DNA of 64,000 nt from Candidatus Hydrogenedentota bacterium (GTDB lineage: Bacteria; Hydrogenedentota; Hydrogenedentia; Hydrogenedentales; SLHB01), in NCBI GenBank assembly GCA_963674865.2, contig CAXXYE010000009.1, positions 1,184,001-1,248,000 on the forward strand, written 5' to 3'. The notes beneath the pieces were generated by a model. It saw only the letters and a list, made by a program, of their open reading frames with translations, was not told where the DNA came from and did no database searches. A program made the translations under genes and the position numbers. Positions 21,401-29,469 of this stretch are shown in pieces (within the stretch, counting starts at the first letter, position 1; the number at the start of each line of letters is the position of its first letter).

Positions 21401-21832
21401 GAACATGTTTCCCATGTCTCTCTGCCAAATCACGTTGCCTGAGCCGTCGAGACAGGTGAATTGCCCGGCGTTGTCGCCCGCATAGATGAGCGGCGCCTGT
21501 CCCTCACGTTCGAGAATGGCCGGGCACGTCGAGTACCGACCTCGCGTATCGAAACGCCAAAGCTGCTCTCCCGTGCCGTCCATGACAATGATGTTCTCGT
21601 ACGCCGCCGTCAGGATTTCGCCGTCGCCGTCACCGTCGAGATCGACGATCATGGGCGCACCTTCCATAACCATGTCCGCGTTGGCCACCCACAGCGGCTC
21701 GATTTCCAGCGCGGCCGAAGGCAGGCTGAGTAGGAGCAGCGCCGCGAGCGTAGCAGCGATACGCGGCGGCATGCCCGCCACGTTCCATTTCCGGGGGTAT
21801 TTTGCTTCGATATGCCGGGACTTGTGGTTCAT
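18437..21832 (-). CDS. FG-GAP/PQQ-like beta-propeller fused to a glycoside-hydrolase-like barrel and DUF4091-like C-terminus (1131 aa)
   Basis: Repeated DLDGDG/DFDADG and xxW repeats; PHDEP; C-terminal SCRRWEAVREGMED. Confidence 0.7.
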   Translation of the reverse strand: MNHKSRHIEAKYPRKWNVAGMPPRIAATLAALLLLSLPSAALEIEPLWVANADMVMEGAPMIVDLDGDGDGEILTAAYENIIVMDGTGEQLWRFDTRGRYSTCPAILEREGQAPLIYAGDNAGQFTCLDGSGNVIWQRDMGNMFCSSPALADLTGDGAIEVIQGDQLGVVTALDALTGEVRWERRLESECSSPAVGDLDGDGTLETVVAMGAGKVFALNASGQVVWEFAVGGTAPFWAIASPVIYGDSKRQVCVAAASHDGRFFCLNAQGDVLWEQPTRGAVASTLSVGDFDADGRADLFAVTELGVLYRFDEEGRVLWDIDTQGRSLASGAIIDLDGDDALEYVLCTQRGSLLALDRAGEIVYSHQFDNRTINVTTAYGDIIKKRPGLEFAVTGGESGRMFCFGTSAPVDSRAQWRTYRGDNRLTGAWLGFVSTDTARMTPENLNWDLLLTGGDLTFRIVNPSPGDAPLLAEAACIRPDGSRQLAVGKAVGREGLLKIPVAITAPGVYRFEWALKSAEGVPLAAGSRELTLSPYQNDQALARRAVLALGKAMAAAEEIKKGKGLEAAMHQEALGIEKEASALASLQVAAPGAPPAFIEQLNVRTAALNARAERALVLAGIAPSILGSTPDSQVVAFEGTTWENRDVDKELPSEVATPLRITRRCISGEHEPVSVKLLNVTLEALNVGAHIETTPGGPSVKAYEIKSVPTNQGAIAWDPIVPLRGGKMAIPPLETREVWLDADLSGVKAGNYDVALSLDTGASEAKVALNLEVLPFDMAGFGAMRLCCWARYNEDAVTDLLAHGNNVFTASLPPVTVDEEATPKLSVDFAALDEFMAPLAGHDVFLLMSGIPSLGVPMEDDPYVPRLADYLEQVMTHLEAKGIDEDHVALYPHDEPGGHGWDTVKHYIAFARQGLKARPGLKFYVNGGGDVAMFEALNEVAAIWCPGFYALSEDSLLMDFLKQSGKTLWSYDCGYSYARPIGANTKTINIVAQYRLAAVFGLHFGATGIGFWCYNSGDSMWEPVEHEYPLVYANPDGTHTSCRRWEAVREGMEDARILIALRERLTEPAVTENVKARIRRLLNEQIAGVAVETLAEARLGVARYVLDASNNDETVKRLRGEMMECVALLGK

Positions 21833-22211
21833 GGGACGTTCCTCACACCGGTTCTCAAGATGGCCTCTCCAGGGAAGTCACAGCTTAACACGGGGTGCGT
21901 GCGGCGGACAAAAACAGACGGGTGCTGTGCGGTCCCGCAAGTGGTTGTGCGGCACGGCGTTCACGGCGCCCAAGGGGCTGATCGATGGGATAGGCTTTCG
22001 GGTATCCTGATGGACAACACCCTCGAAGATCCCTCTCGAGAGAAAGGCGTAAGTTGAATGGACTCTCGCTACTTCGGTATAGTACACGTGTTTCCGTCGA
22101 GCGCTCTTGAACACATCCCGCCCCACGTGCGCGCGGGTTGGGCGCGTCTACGTTGGCGGCGAGAGACTGCACGGACGATGTTTAATTCCAAAGGCAAGGA
22201 GAATCCGAACC

Positions 22212-24956
22212 ATGGCTAAGAGGAACGTTTATTTCTTCGGCGGCGGCAAAGCCGAAGGCAAGGCGACGATGAAGAACCTTCTCGGCGGGAAGGGCGCCAA
22301 CCTGGCCGAGATGTCGAGCTTGGGCATCCCGGTGCCGGCCGGCTTCACGATTACTACGGAGATGTGCACGGAGTATTACGAGAACAAAGGCAAGCTTCCC
22401 CAATCGCTGACGGCCGAGGTCAATAAGGCCCTCGCGCGCGTCGAGAAGGTGATGGGCAAGAAGTACGGCGACCCGAAGAACCCGCTGCTTGTCTCGGTGC
22501 GCAGCGGCGCCCGCCAGTCGATGCCGGGCATGATGGACACCGTCCTCAACGTCGGCCTTTGCCCGAAGACGCTTCCCGGCCTCGTCGCAAAGAGTGGCGA
22601 TGAGCGGTTCGCTTATGACGCCTACCGGCGTTTGATCATGATGTACGCGGATGTCGTGATGGAGAAGGCCGCGGGCATCGAGCCTAAGGATGGGCAGTCC
22701 GTCCGCGAGCGACTTGAGCATGCCATGGAGGCGATGAAGAAGAAGAAGGGCGTTACCGAAGACACCGACCTGGACGCCGAAGACCTCAAGAAGCTCTGCG
22801 AAGAGTTCAAGAAGATTGTGAAGAAGGCCATCGGCAAAGCCTTCCCCGATAACGCCGAGGATCAGCTTTGGGGCGGTATTAAGGCCGTGTTCCAGTCCTG
22901 GAACGGGCGGCGCGCCATCGCGTACCGGCGCATCGAAGGCATTCCTGATGACTGGGGCACCGCCGTCAACGTCCAGTCCATGGTTTTCGGCAACCTGGGC
23001 GATACGTCCGCGACGGGCGTGGCCTTCACGCGGGACCCCGCCACAGGTGAGAACACTTTCTATGGCGAGTGGCTGATCAATGCCCAGGGCGAAGACGTGG
23101 TGGCCGGCATTCGCACGCCGCGGCCCTTAAATAAGGCCAGCAAGCGCGCCGAGAGTAAGTCCATCAAGTCGCTCGAGGAGATGTGGCCTCCCCTCTACAA
23201 ACAGCTTGTCGCCATTCGGAACAAGCTTGAAGCGCACTACAAGGACATGCAGGACATCGAGTTCACGATGGAGGACAAGAAGCTCTACATGCTCCAGACC
23301 CGCACCGGAAAGCGCACCGGTACAGCGGCCGTGCGGATGGCTGTCGAGATGGCTGAAAAGGACCTGATTGACAAGAAGACGGCCATCATGCGCGTGAATC
23401 CCGAAGCCTTGGATGAGTTGCTGCACCCGATGCTCGACCCTGCCGGCGAGAAGAAGGCCGACACGCTGGCCAAAGGACTTCCCGCGGGGCCCGGCGGCGG
23501 CGTGGGCCAGGTGGTATTGACTGCTGACGACGCGGACGCCTGGGCCAAGAAGGGCAAGAAGGTTATCCTCGTCCGCAACGAGACGTCGCCCGAAGACGTG
23601 CACGGCATGCACGCGGCGGCGGCCATCCTCACTGCGAAGGGCGGCATGACGTCCCATGCGGCGCTGGTTGCCCGCGGATGGGGCAAGTGCTGTATCGTCG
23701 GCTGCGGCGCGCTTCAGATCGATGTGGCCGCCAAGAAGATCAATGTCAACGGCAAGGTCATCAAGGAGGGCGACTGGATTTCCCTTAACGGCACGGCCGG
23801 CGTGGTCTACAAGGGCCAGGTGGGTGTATTGCCGGCGCAGCCCGAGCGCAACAAGTGGTACAAGAAGATGATGGGTTGGGCGGATGCGACGCGGCAGATC
23901 AACGTGCGGACGAACGCTGAGAGCCCGGCCGACGCGCTTCAGGCGATCAAGTTCGGCGCCGAAGGTATCGGGCTGGCCCGCACGGAGCACATGTTCTTTG
24001 AGCCCGAGCGTATCATCCACATGCGCGAGATGATTCTCGCCGAGGATGAGGTCGCCCGGCGCAAAGCAGTCATGAAGCTTCTGCCTTATCAGAAGAAAGA
24101 CTTCATCGGTATCTTCAAGGCCATGGCCGGCAAGCCGGTGACGGTTCGCCTACTTGATCCTCCGCTGCACGAGTTCGTCGGCGGGCTCGACAAGAAGCAG
24201 ATCGCCGAACTCTCGAAGAAGATCGGCGTTCCGGCGGCGACGATCAGCGCCCGCATCGCCCAACTCCACGAGTTGAATCCTATGCTCGGCCATCGCGGTT
24301 GCCGCTTGGGCATTGCGTATCCGGAGATCACGGAGATGCAGGCCCGCGCCATCCTTGAAGCGGCGGCCGAACTTAAGAAGAAGAAAGTGAAGGTTCTTCC
24401 GGAGATCATGGTTCCGCTCGTGGGCACCAAGAAGGAGCTCGCCAACCAGGAGGCGATCATCCGCAGCGTGGCCGACGAGGTCCAGAAGAAGTACAAGATT
24501 AAGTTGGACTACATGGTCGGCACCATGATCGAGATTCCGCGCGCGGCCCTCACGGCTGACAAGATTGCCGAGGTCGCCGAGTTCTTCAGCTTCGGCACCA
24601 ACGACCTCACCCAGATGGGCTTCGGCTACTCCCGCGACGACGTGGGCGGATTCCTGCCGTTCTACCTCGACCACGATGTTCTTCCCGTGGATCCGTTCCA
24701 GGTCCTCGACCAGGAAGGCATCGGACAGTTGGTTGATATGGCGGTGAAGAAGGGCCGGAGCACACGCCCCGTTCTCAAGTGCGGCATCTGCGGCGAGCAC
24801 GGCGGCGAGCCCGAATCCGTCAAGTTCTGCCATCGGGTCGGACTCGACTACGTCAGTTGCAGTCCTTTCCGCGTACCGATCGCGCGCTTCGCCGCGGCGC
24901 AAGCGGCCATTGAGACTCCCCGTAAGGCCAAGAAAGCCGCCGTGAAGAAGAAGTAG
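22212..24956 (+). CDS. ppdK: Pyruvate, phosphate dikinase
   Basis: LLGGKGANLAEM, SVRSGA, GGMTSHAA, FSFGTNDLTQ, GICGEHGG; AAGGAG RBS. Confidence 0.97.
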   Translation: MAKRNVYFFGGGKAEGKATMKNLLGGKGANLAEMSSLGIPVPAGFTITTEMCTEYYENKGKLPQSLTAEVNKALARVEKVMGKKYGDPKNPLLVSVRSGARQSMPGMMDTVLNVGLCPKTLPGLVAKSGDERFAYDAYRRLIMMYADVVMEKAAGIEPKDGQSVRERLEHAMEAMKKKKGVTEDTDLDAEDLKKLCEEFKKIVKKAIGKAFPDNAEDQLWGGIKAVFQSWNGRRAIAYRRIEGIPDDWGTAVNVQSMVFGNLGDTSATGVAFTRDPATGENTFYGEWLINAQGEDVVAGIRTPRPLNKASKRAESKSIKSLEEMWPPLYKQLVAIRNKLEAHYKDMQDIEFTMEDKKLYMLQTRTGKRTGTAAVRMAVEMAEKDLIDKKTAIMRVNPEALDELLHPMLDPAGEKKADTLAKGLPAGPGGGVGQVVLTADDADAWAKKGKKVILVRNETSPEDVHGMHAAAAILTAKGGMTSHAALVARGWGKCCIVGCGALQIDVAAKKINVNGKVIKEGDWISLNGTAGVVYKGQVGVLPAQPERNKWYKKMMGWADATRQINVRTNAESPADALQAIKFGAEGIGLARTEHMFFEPERIIHMREMILAEDEVARRKAVMKLLPYQKKDFIGIFKAMAGKPVTVRLLDPPLHEFVGGLDKKQIAELSKKIGVPAATISARIAQLHELNPMLGHRGCRLGIAYPEITEMQARAILEAAAELKKKKVKVLPEIMVPLVGTKKELANQEAIIRSVADEVQKKYKIKLDYMVGTMIEIPRAALTADKIAEVAEFFSFGTNDLTQMGFGYSRDDVGGFLPFYLDHDVLPVDPFQVLDQEGIGQLVDMAVKKGRSTRPVLKCGICGEHGGEPESVKFCHRVGLDYVSCSPFRVPIARFAAAQAAIETPRKAKKAAVKKK

Positions 24957-24979
24957 CGGCGTTCTCCCTTCGACTCAAG

Positions 24980-25015
24980 CGAACGCTCCCGGGCCACTAG
25001 GCCCGGGAGCGTTCG
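24980..25015. terminator. Perfect 16-bp hairpin between convergent genes (probable terminator)
   Basis: CGAACGCTCCCGGGCC-ACTA-GGCCCGGGAGCGTTCG. Confidence 0.7.
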
Positions 25016-25034
25016 TCTTGTATATGGCGTGTGA

Positions 25035-26108
25035 TCACGGAATCCGAAGCGCGGGAAGGGCGAATCGCTCGCGGTAGGCGTTGACGACGGCAAGGTAGTT
25101 GTCGAGGGGGACGCTGGCCGTGATGGCGTTGCTCGCGCAGAGGATGTGGCCGCCATTGCCCCAACCTGCATCGAGGCAGTCGAGCGTGTGCCGCCTGACC
25201 TCCTCCGGTGACGCGAAACTCAGGATATTGCCGCAGTCCAAGTTGCCGAAGAAGGTGATGCGATCTCCGTAGGCGTCCTTGAGCCGGCGCAGGTCCATGC
25301 CGGCCTGCATATCAATCTCGAGGTAACCGTCAACTTCGCAGCCGAGCAGGTAATCCTCAATCATAGGCCATAGGTTGCCGTCGCTGGCGTTGACGGCCCA
25401 CAGTCCCGCTTCGTGGGCCCGCCGCGTCACACGGCGCACCTCGGGCAGAATGAACGTCCGGTACGCCTCCGGGGAGATGAGCGGCCGCGTGCCGGCGAAA
25501 TCGCCGCCCACGCCGAGGAGGTCCAGGCCGAGCGCGATGTACTTCTCGAGGCATCCCAGCGAGCGTCGCGTGGCCAGCGCGAAGTGTTCGTGGGCGACAT
25601 CCGGCGCGATGAGCATCGTTTGCATGAGGTCCACATCCGTCCAGACGCCGTGATGATACGTCGGCGCGAGGATGGGCAGATCGAGGCCTCGGCGGGCCAT
25701 CTCCTCTTTGAGCAAGGCGTAAACCAAGAGGCTGTCATCATGAGGTGCCGCCGGTGCCTGAGCCGCCCGCTCATTGCGCTGCCGGAGGACTTGCACGGGA
25801 TCGGGCGCCGGCGCCGCAGGCGGGGCGTGGAGAGCGATGTCCCCAGTTCCGGGGAGGGGATTCGGGCAGACGTACATCATGTCATGGCCGAGCAGCGCCG
25901 CGAGTTCCAGTTGATCGATGGCACTCTGGCGGACAGCCGTTTCCCAGCCGCGTTCCCGCGCAAGCGTCGGCCAGACGCTAGGATCGGGGGCGTACGGCCG
26001 CCCGAGAAGCTGATCGGCGACGGGCGACAACAGCACATACTCGAAGATCGGCGTTCGATCCGGCTGCGCGTGGTTCGACGCCGCCTCGATGCGCTCACGT
26101 GACGTCAT
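25035..26108 (-). CDS. Uroporphyrinogen decarboxylase/cobamide methyltransferase-family protein
   Basis: MTSRER...PDRTP, LISPEAYR, LKDAYGDRITFFGNLD, GGHIL. Confidence 0.85.
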   Translation of the reverse strand: MTSRERIEAASNHAQPDRTPIFEYVLLSPVADQLLGRPYAPDPSVWPTLARERGWETAVRQSAIDQLELAALLGHDMMYVCPNPLPGTGDIALHAPPAAPAPDPVQVLRQRNERAAQAPAAPHDDSLLVYALLKEEMARRGLDLPILAPTYHHGVWTDVDLMQTMLIAPDVAHEHFALATRRSLGCLEKYIALGLDLLGVGGDFAGTRPLISPEAYRTFILPEVRRVTRRAHEAGLWAVNASDGNLWPMIEDYLLGCEVDGYLEIDMQAGMDLRRLKDAYGDRITFFGNLDCGNILSFASPEEVRRHTLDCLDAGWGNGGHILCASNAITASVPLDNYLAVVNAYRERFALPALRIP

Positions 26109-26262
26109 GATGGCTTGGCCTTCTCCGAAGTCCTCTCACGGCAATACGCGGGCGATTATGCCGATCATGCTGCGGTGTTGGGAAGTCTACAGTAACCGTG
26201 GCTCGCAGGGCCGGCAAGATGCCTGCACTACAAGACGTGCCGCAATGAGTAGCACCGCTAGG

Positions 26263-28002
26263 CTATTTCTCGCTGCCTGTCCGGCGGAGGTCGTAGAGCA
26301 GGAGCTTGCGGGCGCGGTCGAGGTCGAGGGCGCGGACGAAGGCGATGCTCGAGAAGGTGCGGTCATAGGCGGGAAACGCCTCGGTTTCGAGTAGAATCCG
26401 GCCGAATTGGTGATGAAGGACGTGATCCGGTTCAGAACCGGCGGGAATGACGGAACATTCGTCGGGATAGTGGCTGTGGTAGAGTTCCTGCCAGTCGGTT
26501 AGGAAGTAGGGGGGAAGGCTCTTGTCCGGGGCGGCGTAGTCGTAGTAGCTGCCGCCGTCCAGGCCGCCTTCCTCCAGGTAGCCAAGCAGCACGGCCGACC
26601 ACGCGGCGCAGGCGGCATGCTCGGGAGTCTGAGCGATGAAATCCATGGCCCGCGGATAGGCGGAGCGCGTTTGCAGCACCTCGGCGTCGTGCCGCAGGGC
26701 GGACGCGGCGGCAAGGGCCAGCAGGGCGGCGGTCACCACGCGCGCGGCGCGTCGGCGCGGCGCGGGGACTTGCCACAGTGCGTCGGCTGAGATGGCGAGC
26801 GCAATGGCTAGGAAGGGATACAGGTACGTAAACGTGCGGGCCGCCTGGAGGGTTTTGAACGAGAAAATGAGCCAGGGCACGAGCAGTGCCGGGGTGAGAT
26901 ACAACCAGGCAGTACGACCTGACGCCGTGTCCTCTGCCTCGCGCCGGCCGCGCGCTCCGATAGCGGCCCACGCGCCGGCCACGGCCAAGAGGAGCATGGC
27001 GCCGAGCGCAATCGGGCCTTCGAATAGGTAGACGAAGTAGGGAAATAGCGCCACGCCCTGGCCATTTGCCGGGATGTGCGTGTGCATGGTTAGGCGGGGC
27101 AGGAGCAGTTCAAAGAAGGTGTGGTGGGCGTACGCGATGTCTTGCGAGCGGAAGAGGAGTATGAGGGGGTACGTGGTAGCCTCGGCCGCTATCAGCGCCG
27201 CGGCGAATCCGAGGAGCAGGCAGGCGCCGCCGCCGGCCAGCCGCCGGATGCGAACTCCCGCGCTCCCATCGCGGAGCGACACGCCGATGTGGATAACAAC
27301 CAGCAGGGGAAGCGCGCCTCCGGCCTGGAAGTTGGCGAGGAAGGCGAGTCCGGCGCAGAGGCCGGATGCCACGAGATGGCGGTAGGTGCCGCGCGGGTCG
27401 TGGGCGGCGCTCCAATGGAGATGGAGGAGCACGGCGAGGACGAGGAAGAAGCCCGACGTACACTGGGGATACGCGTTGCGGGAGAAATACACGTGGTAGC
27501 AGGATAGGGCCAGCATGCCGGCGGCGATGAGCGCCGTGCGGGGATTGCGCAGCCGGCGTGCAAGCAGATACACCGCCCCCACGGTGAGCACGCCGAAGGC
27601 GGCTTCGACAACGCTCGCCGCCCAGATCTTGAATCCCACAATTCCCATCACAAGGGCCGCGAGGTACGAGAAGAGCACTTTGGGAAGGAACGGCGCGCGC
27701 CGGGCGAGGGCGTCGCGTGCCTCGGGGACGAACTGTTCGAGCAGGAATGGCTCACCGCCTCGGACTTCAGCGAGCTTGCCGCGGGCCAGGTCGGCGTAGA
27801 CGCCCAACTCGATCTGCTTGCTCTGCGCGTCGAGGAGGTAGCGGCCCTCATCGACGGAGAAGATGCCGGCCTGCGTAATGCCGTAGAAACGGAGGAGGAT
27901 GGCGGCCACGAGGATGGCGGCAAGCGTGAGGCCGTGCCGCATGGACGATGGGGCGTCGCTGGGCGGTACTTGGCTGCTCTGGCCGGACGTGTCCGAACGC
28001 AT
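26263..28002 (-). CDS. GT-C glycosyltransferase (GT39/ArnT/PMT-like) membrane protein
   Basis: LLRFYGI...SVDE first-loop motif, HVYFSR, many TM helices. Confidence 0.8.
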   Translation of the reverse strand: MRSDTSGQSSQVPPSDAPSSMRHGLTLAAILVAAILLRFYGITQAGIFSVDEGRYLLDAQSKQIELGVYADLARGKLAEVRGGEPFLLEQFVPEARDALARRAPFLPKVLFSYLAALVMGIVGFKIWAASVVEAAFGVLTVGAVYLLARRLRNPRTALIAAGMLALSCYHVYFSRNAYPQCTSGFFLVLAVLLHLHWSAAHDPRGTYRHLVASGLCAGLAFLANFQAGGALPLLVVIHIGVSLRDGSAGVRIRRLAGGGACLLLGFAAALIAAEATTYPLILLFRSQDIAYAHHTFFELLLPRLTMHTHIPANGQGVALFPYFVYLFEGPIALGAMLLLAVAGAWAAIGARGRREAEDTASGRTAWLYLTPALLVPWLIFSFKTLQAARTFTYLYPFLAIALAISADALWQVPAPRRRAARVVTAALLALAAASALRHDAEVLQTRSAYPRAMDFIAQTPEHAACAAWSAVLLGYLEEGGLDGGSYYDYAAPDKSLPPYFLTDWQELYHSHYPDECSVIPAGSEPDHVLHHQFGRILLETEAFPAYDRTFSSIAFVRALDLDRARKLLLYDLRRTGSEK

Positions 28003-28032
28003 GATGACGGGTGTCTCCAGGCCCCGGCGCGC

Positions 28033-28115
28033 AAGATATCACGCGGGCCGGACGCGATCCAAGTCTGCGGCCGGCCCCGCCGGCTTTTGCACCGTCCCCG
28101 GCCCTCTTGTAAGAT
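28033..28115. promoter_or_regulatory. Divergent sigma70-like promoter pair
   Basis: + strand TTGCAC-17-TAAGAT (28087-28115); - strand TTGGAT-18-TATCTT (28062-28033). Confidence 0.45.
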
Positions 28116-28170
28116 GGCCGCGGCACTCTCTGAGGTGGCTCGAGCGGGCGACGCCCTGACGGGATGGGGG

Positions 28171-29469
28171 ATGATTTCGCCATTGCGCTGGCTTGAATGG
28201 TTGATACGGATCTTTGGGGCGGGCCTCGTGTGCGCGGCCGCCGCAGGCACCCCTTTTGTGTTGTGGAAGCTCTACACGGGCCGCCACGCCGAGACGCCCA
28301 TTCGCGCGGCCATCCAGGAGCAGCCCCTTATCCTTTTTGTGGGAGTCTGCGCCCTGGGGGTCGGGGCGGCGGCGGTGCTGAAGGCGCGAGCCATTGTAGC
28401 CGGCCGGCGCTGGTTGAATCCGGCGTGGCTGCTGCGACACCGGCGTCGCGAACTTGCGCTGCTCGTGGCCAGTTCCCTGGCGTGTTTTGGCCTGCTCGAA
28501 GTCGCCAGTCGTGCCCTTTTCGCCCGGCAGTACGGATTCCCTTTCCGGCACTCCGTCGAGGAGTTAATCTACCCGCCGCTGCGGGAGCAGTTTCAGGCGC
28601 AGCCGTACTCGAAGGATAGCGTGAATATCCTGCTGCTGGGCGGGTCTGTTCTCTGGGGCGCGGGCAATCAACACCGGCTGGAACACACGTTCGACTATCC
28701 GTTGCACGTTTACAACATGGCGCAGACGGGACATTCTTCCCTGGACAGCCTGAATAAATGCCTCTGGCTCTCTCGCCGGGGCTACACGTTCGACTACGTG
28801 ATCTTCTACCACGGCATCAACGAGACGCGGGCGAATAATGCGCCGCCGGACGTGTTCTCGGAGGACTACGATCATTATTCGTTCTACCGGCTTACGAACA
28901 CGGTGTTCCAGGGGCAGAGGCCGGTGCAAGCCGTCCTCTTGCGCTCTTCGCTGTGCTTCCGGATATATCGCCTATGGGCGACGCTCCGCGAGACGCGGAC
29001 ATTTGGCCGGCGCTATTTGCACATCGCCTTCCCAAGGGAGGACTGGCTGAAGTATGCGGCGGACGTTCGCTCGGCGGATTCCTTCCGGCGCAATCTCGAG
29101 CGGATTATTGCCCTGGCGGATGAACAGGGCAGCACGCTCATTGTGCCGTTTTTCGCGTATAACCCGGTGATGGACAAGTGGGTTGCGAGCCGGGCGTTCC
29201 GCGAGGAGGGGAAGAAGCGGATGACGGAATGGGGCCTGACAGAGTACGTGCGAAAGGGCACGCAGGAGCATAACGCTGTCATCGTGAGCCTGCGGGATAG
29301 GTTTGTGTACGCGGATGATACGAAGCGGCTAATGGACGATGAGGCCAACTTCGTCGATGACTGCCATTTTGCCCCGGAGATTCAGGACGCCTTTCTGGAG
29401 ATTCTGATGGCGGCTTTGCGGCGCGTCGAGCGGCCCCACGAGGAGGTAGGGGCGACTCATGGCGGATAA
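28171..29469 (+). CDS. Membrane-anchored SGNH/GDSL hydrolase-like protein
   Basis: Three N-terminal TMs; LLGGS, YHGINE, DDCHF blocks. Confidence 0.7.
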   Translation: MISPLRWLEWLIRIFGAGLVCAAAAGTPFVLWKLYTGRHAETPIRAAIQEQPLILFVGVCALGVGAAAVLKARAIVAGRRWLNPAWLLRHRRRELALLVASSLACFGLLEVASRALFARQYGFPFRHSVEELIYPPLREQFQAQPYSKDSVNILLLGGSVLWGAGNQHRLEHTFDYPLHVYNMAQTGHSSLDSLNKCLWLSRRGYTFDYVIFYHGINETRANNAPPDVFSEDYDHYSFYRLTNTVFQGQRPVQAVLLRSSLCFRIYRLWATLRETRTFGRRYLHIAFPREDWLKYAADVRSADSFRRNLERIIALADEQGSTLIVPFFAYNPVMDKWVASRAFREEGKKRMTEWGLTEYVRKGTQEHNAVIVSLRDRFVYADDTKRLMDDEANFVDDCHFAPEIQDAFLEILMAALRRVERPHEEVGATHGG

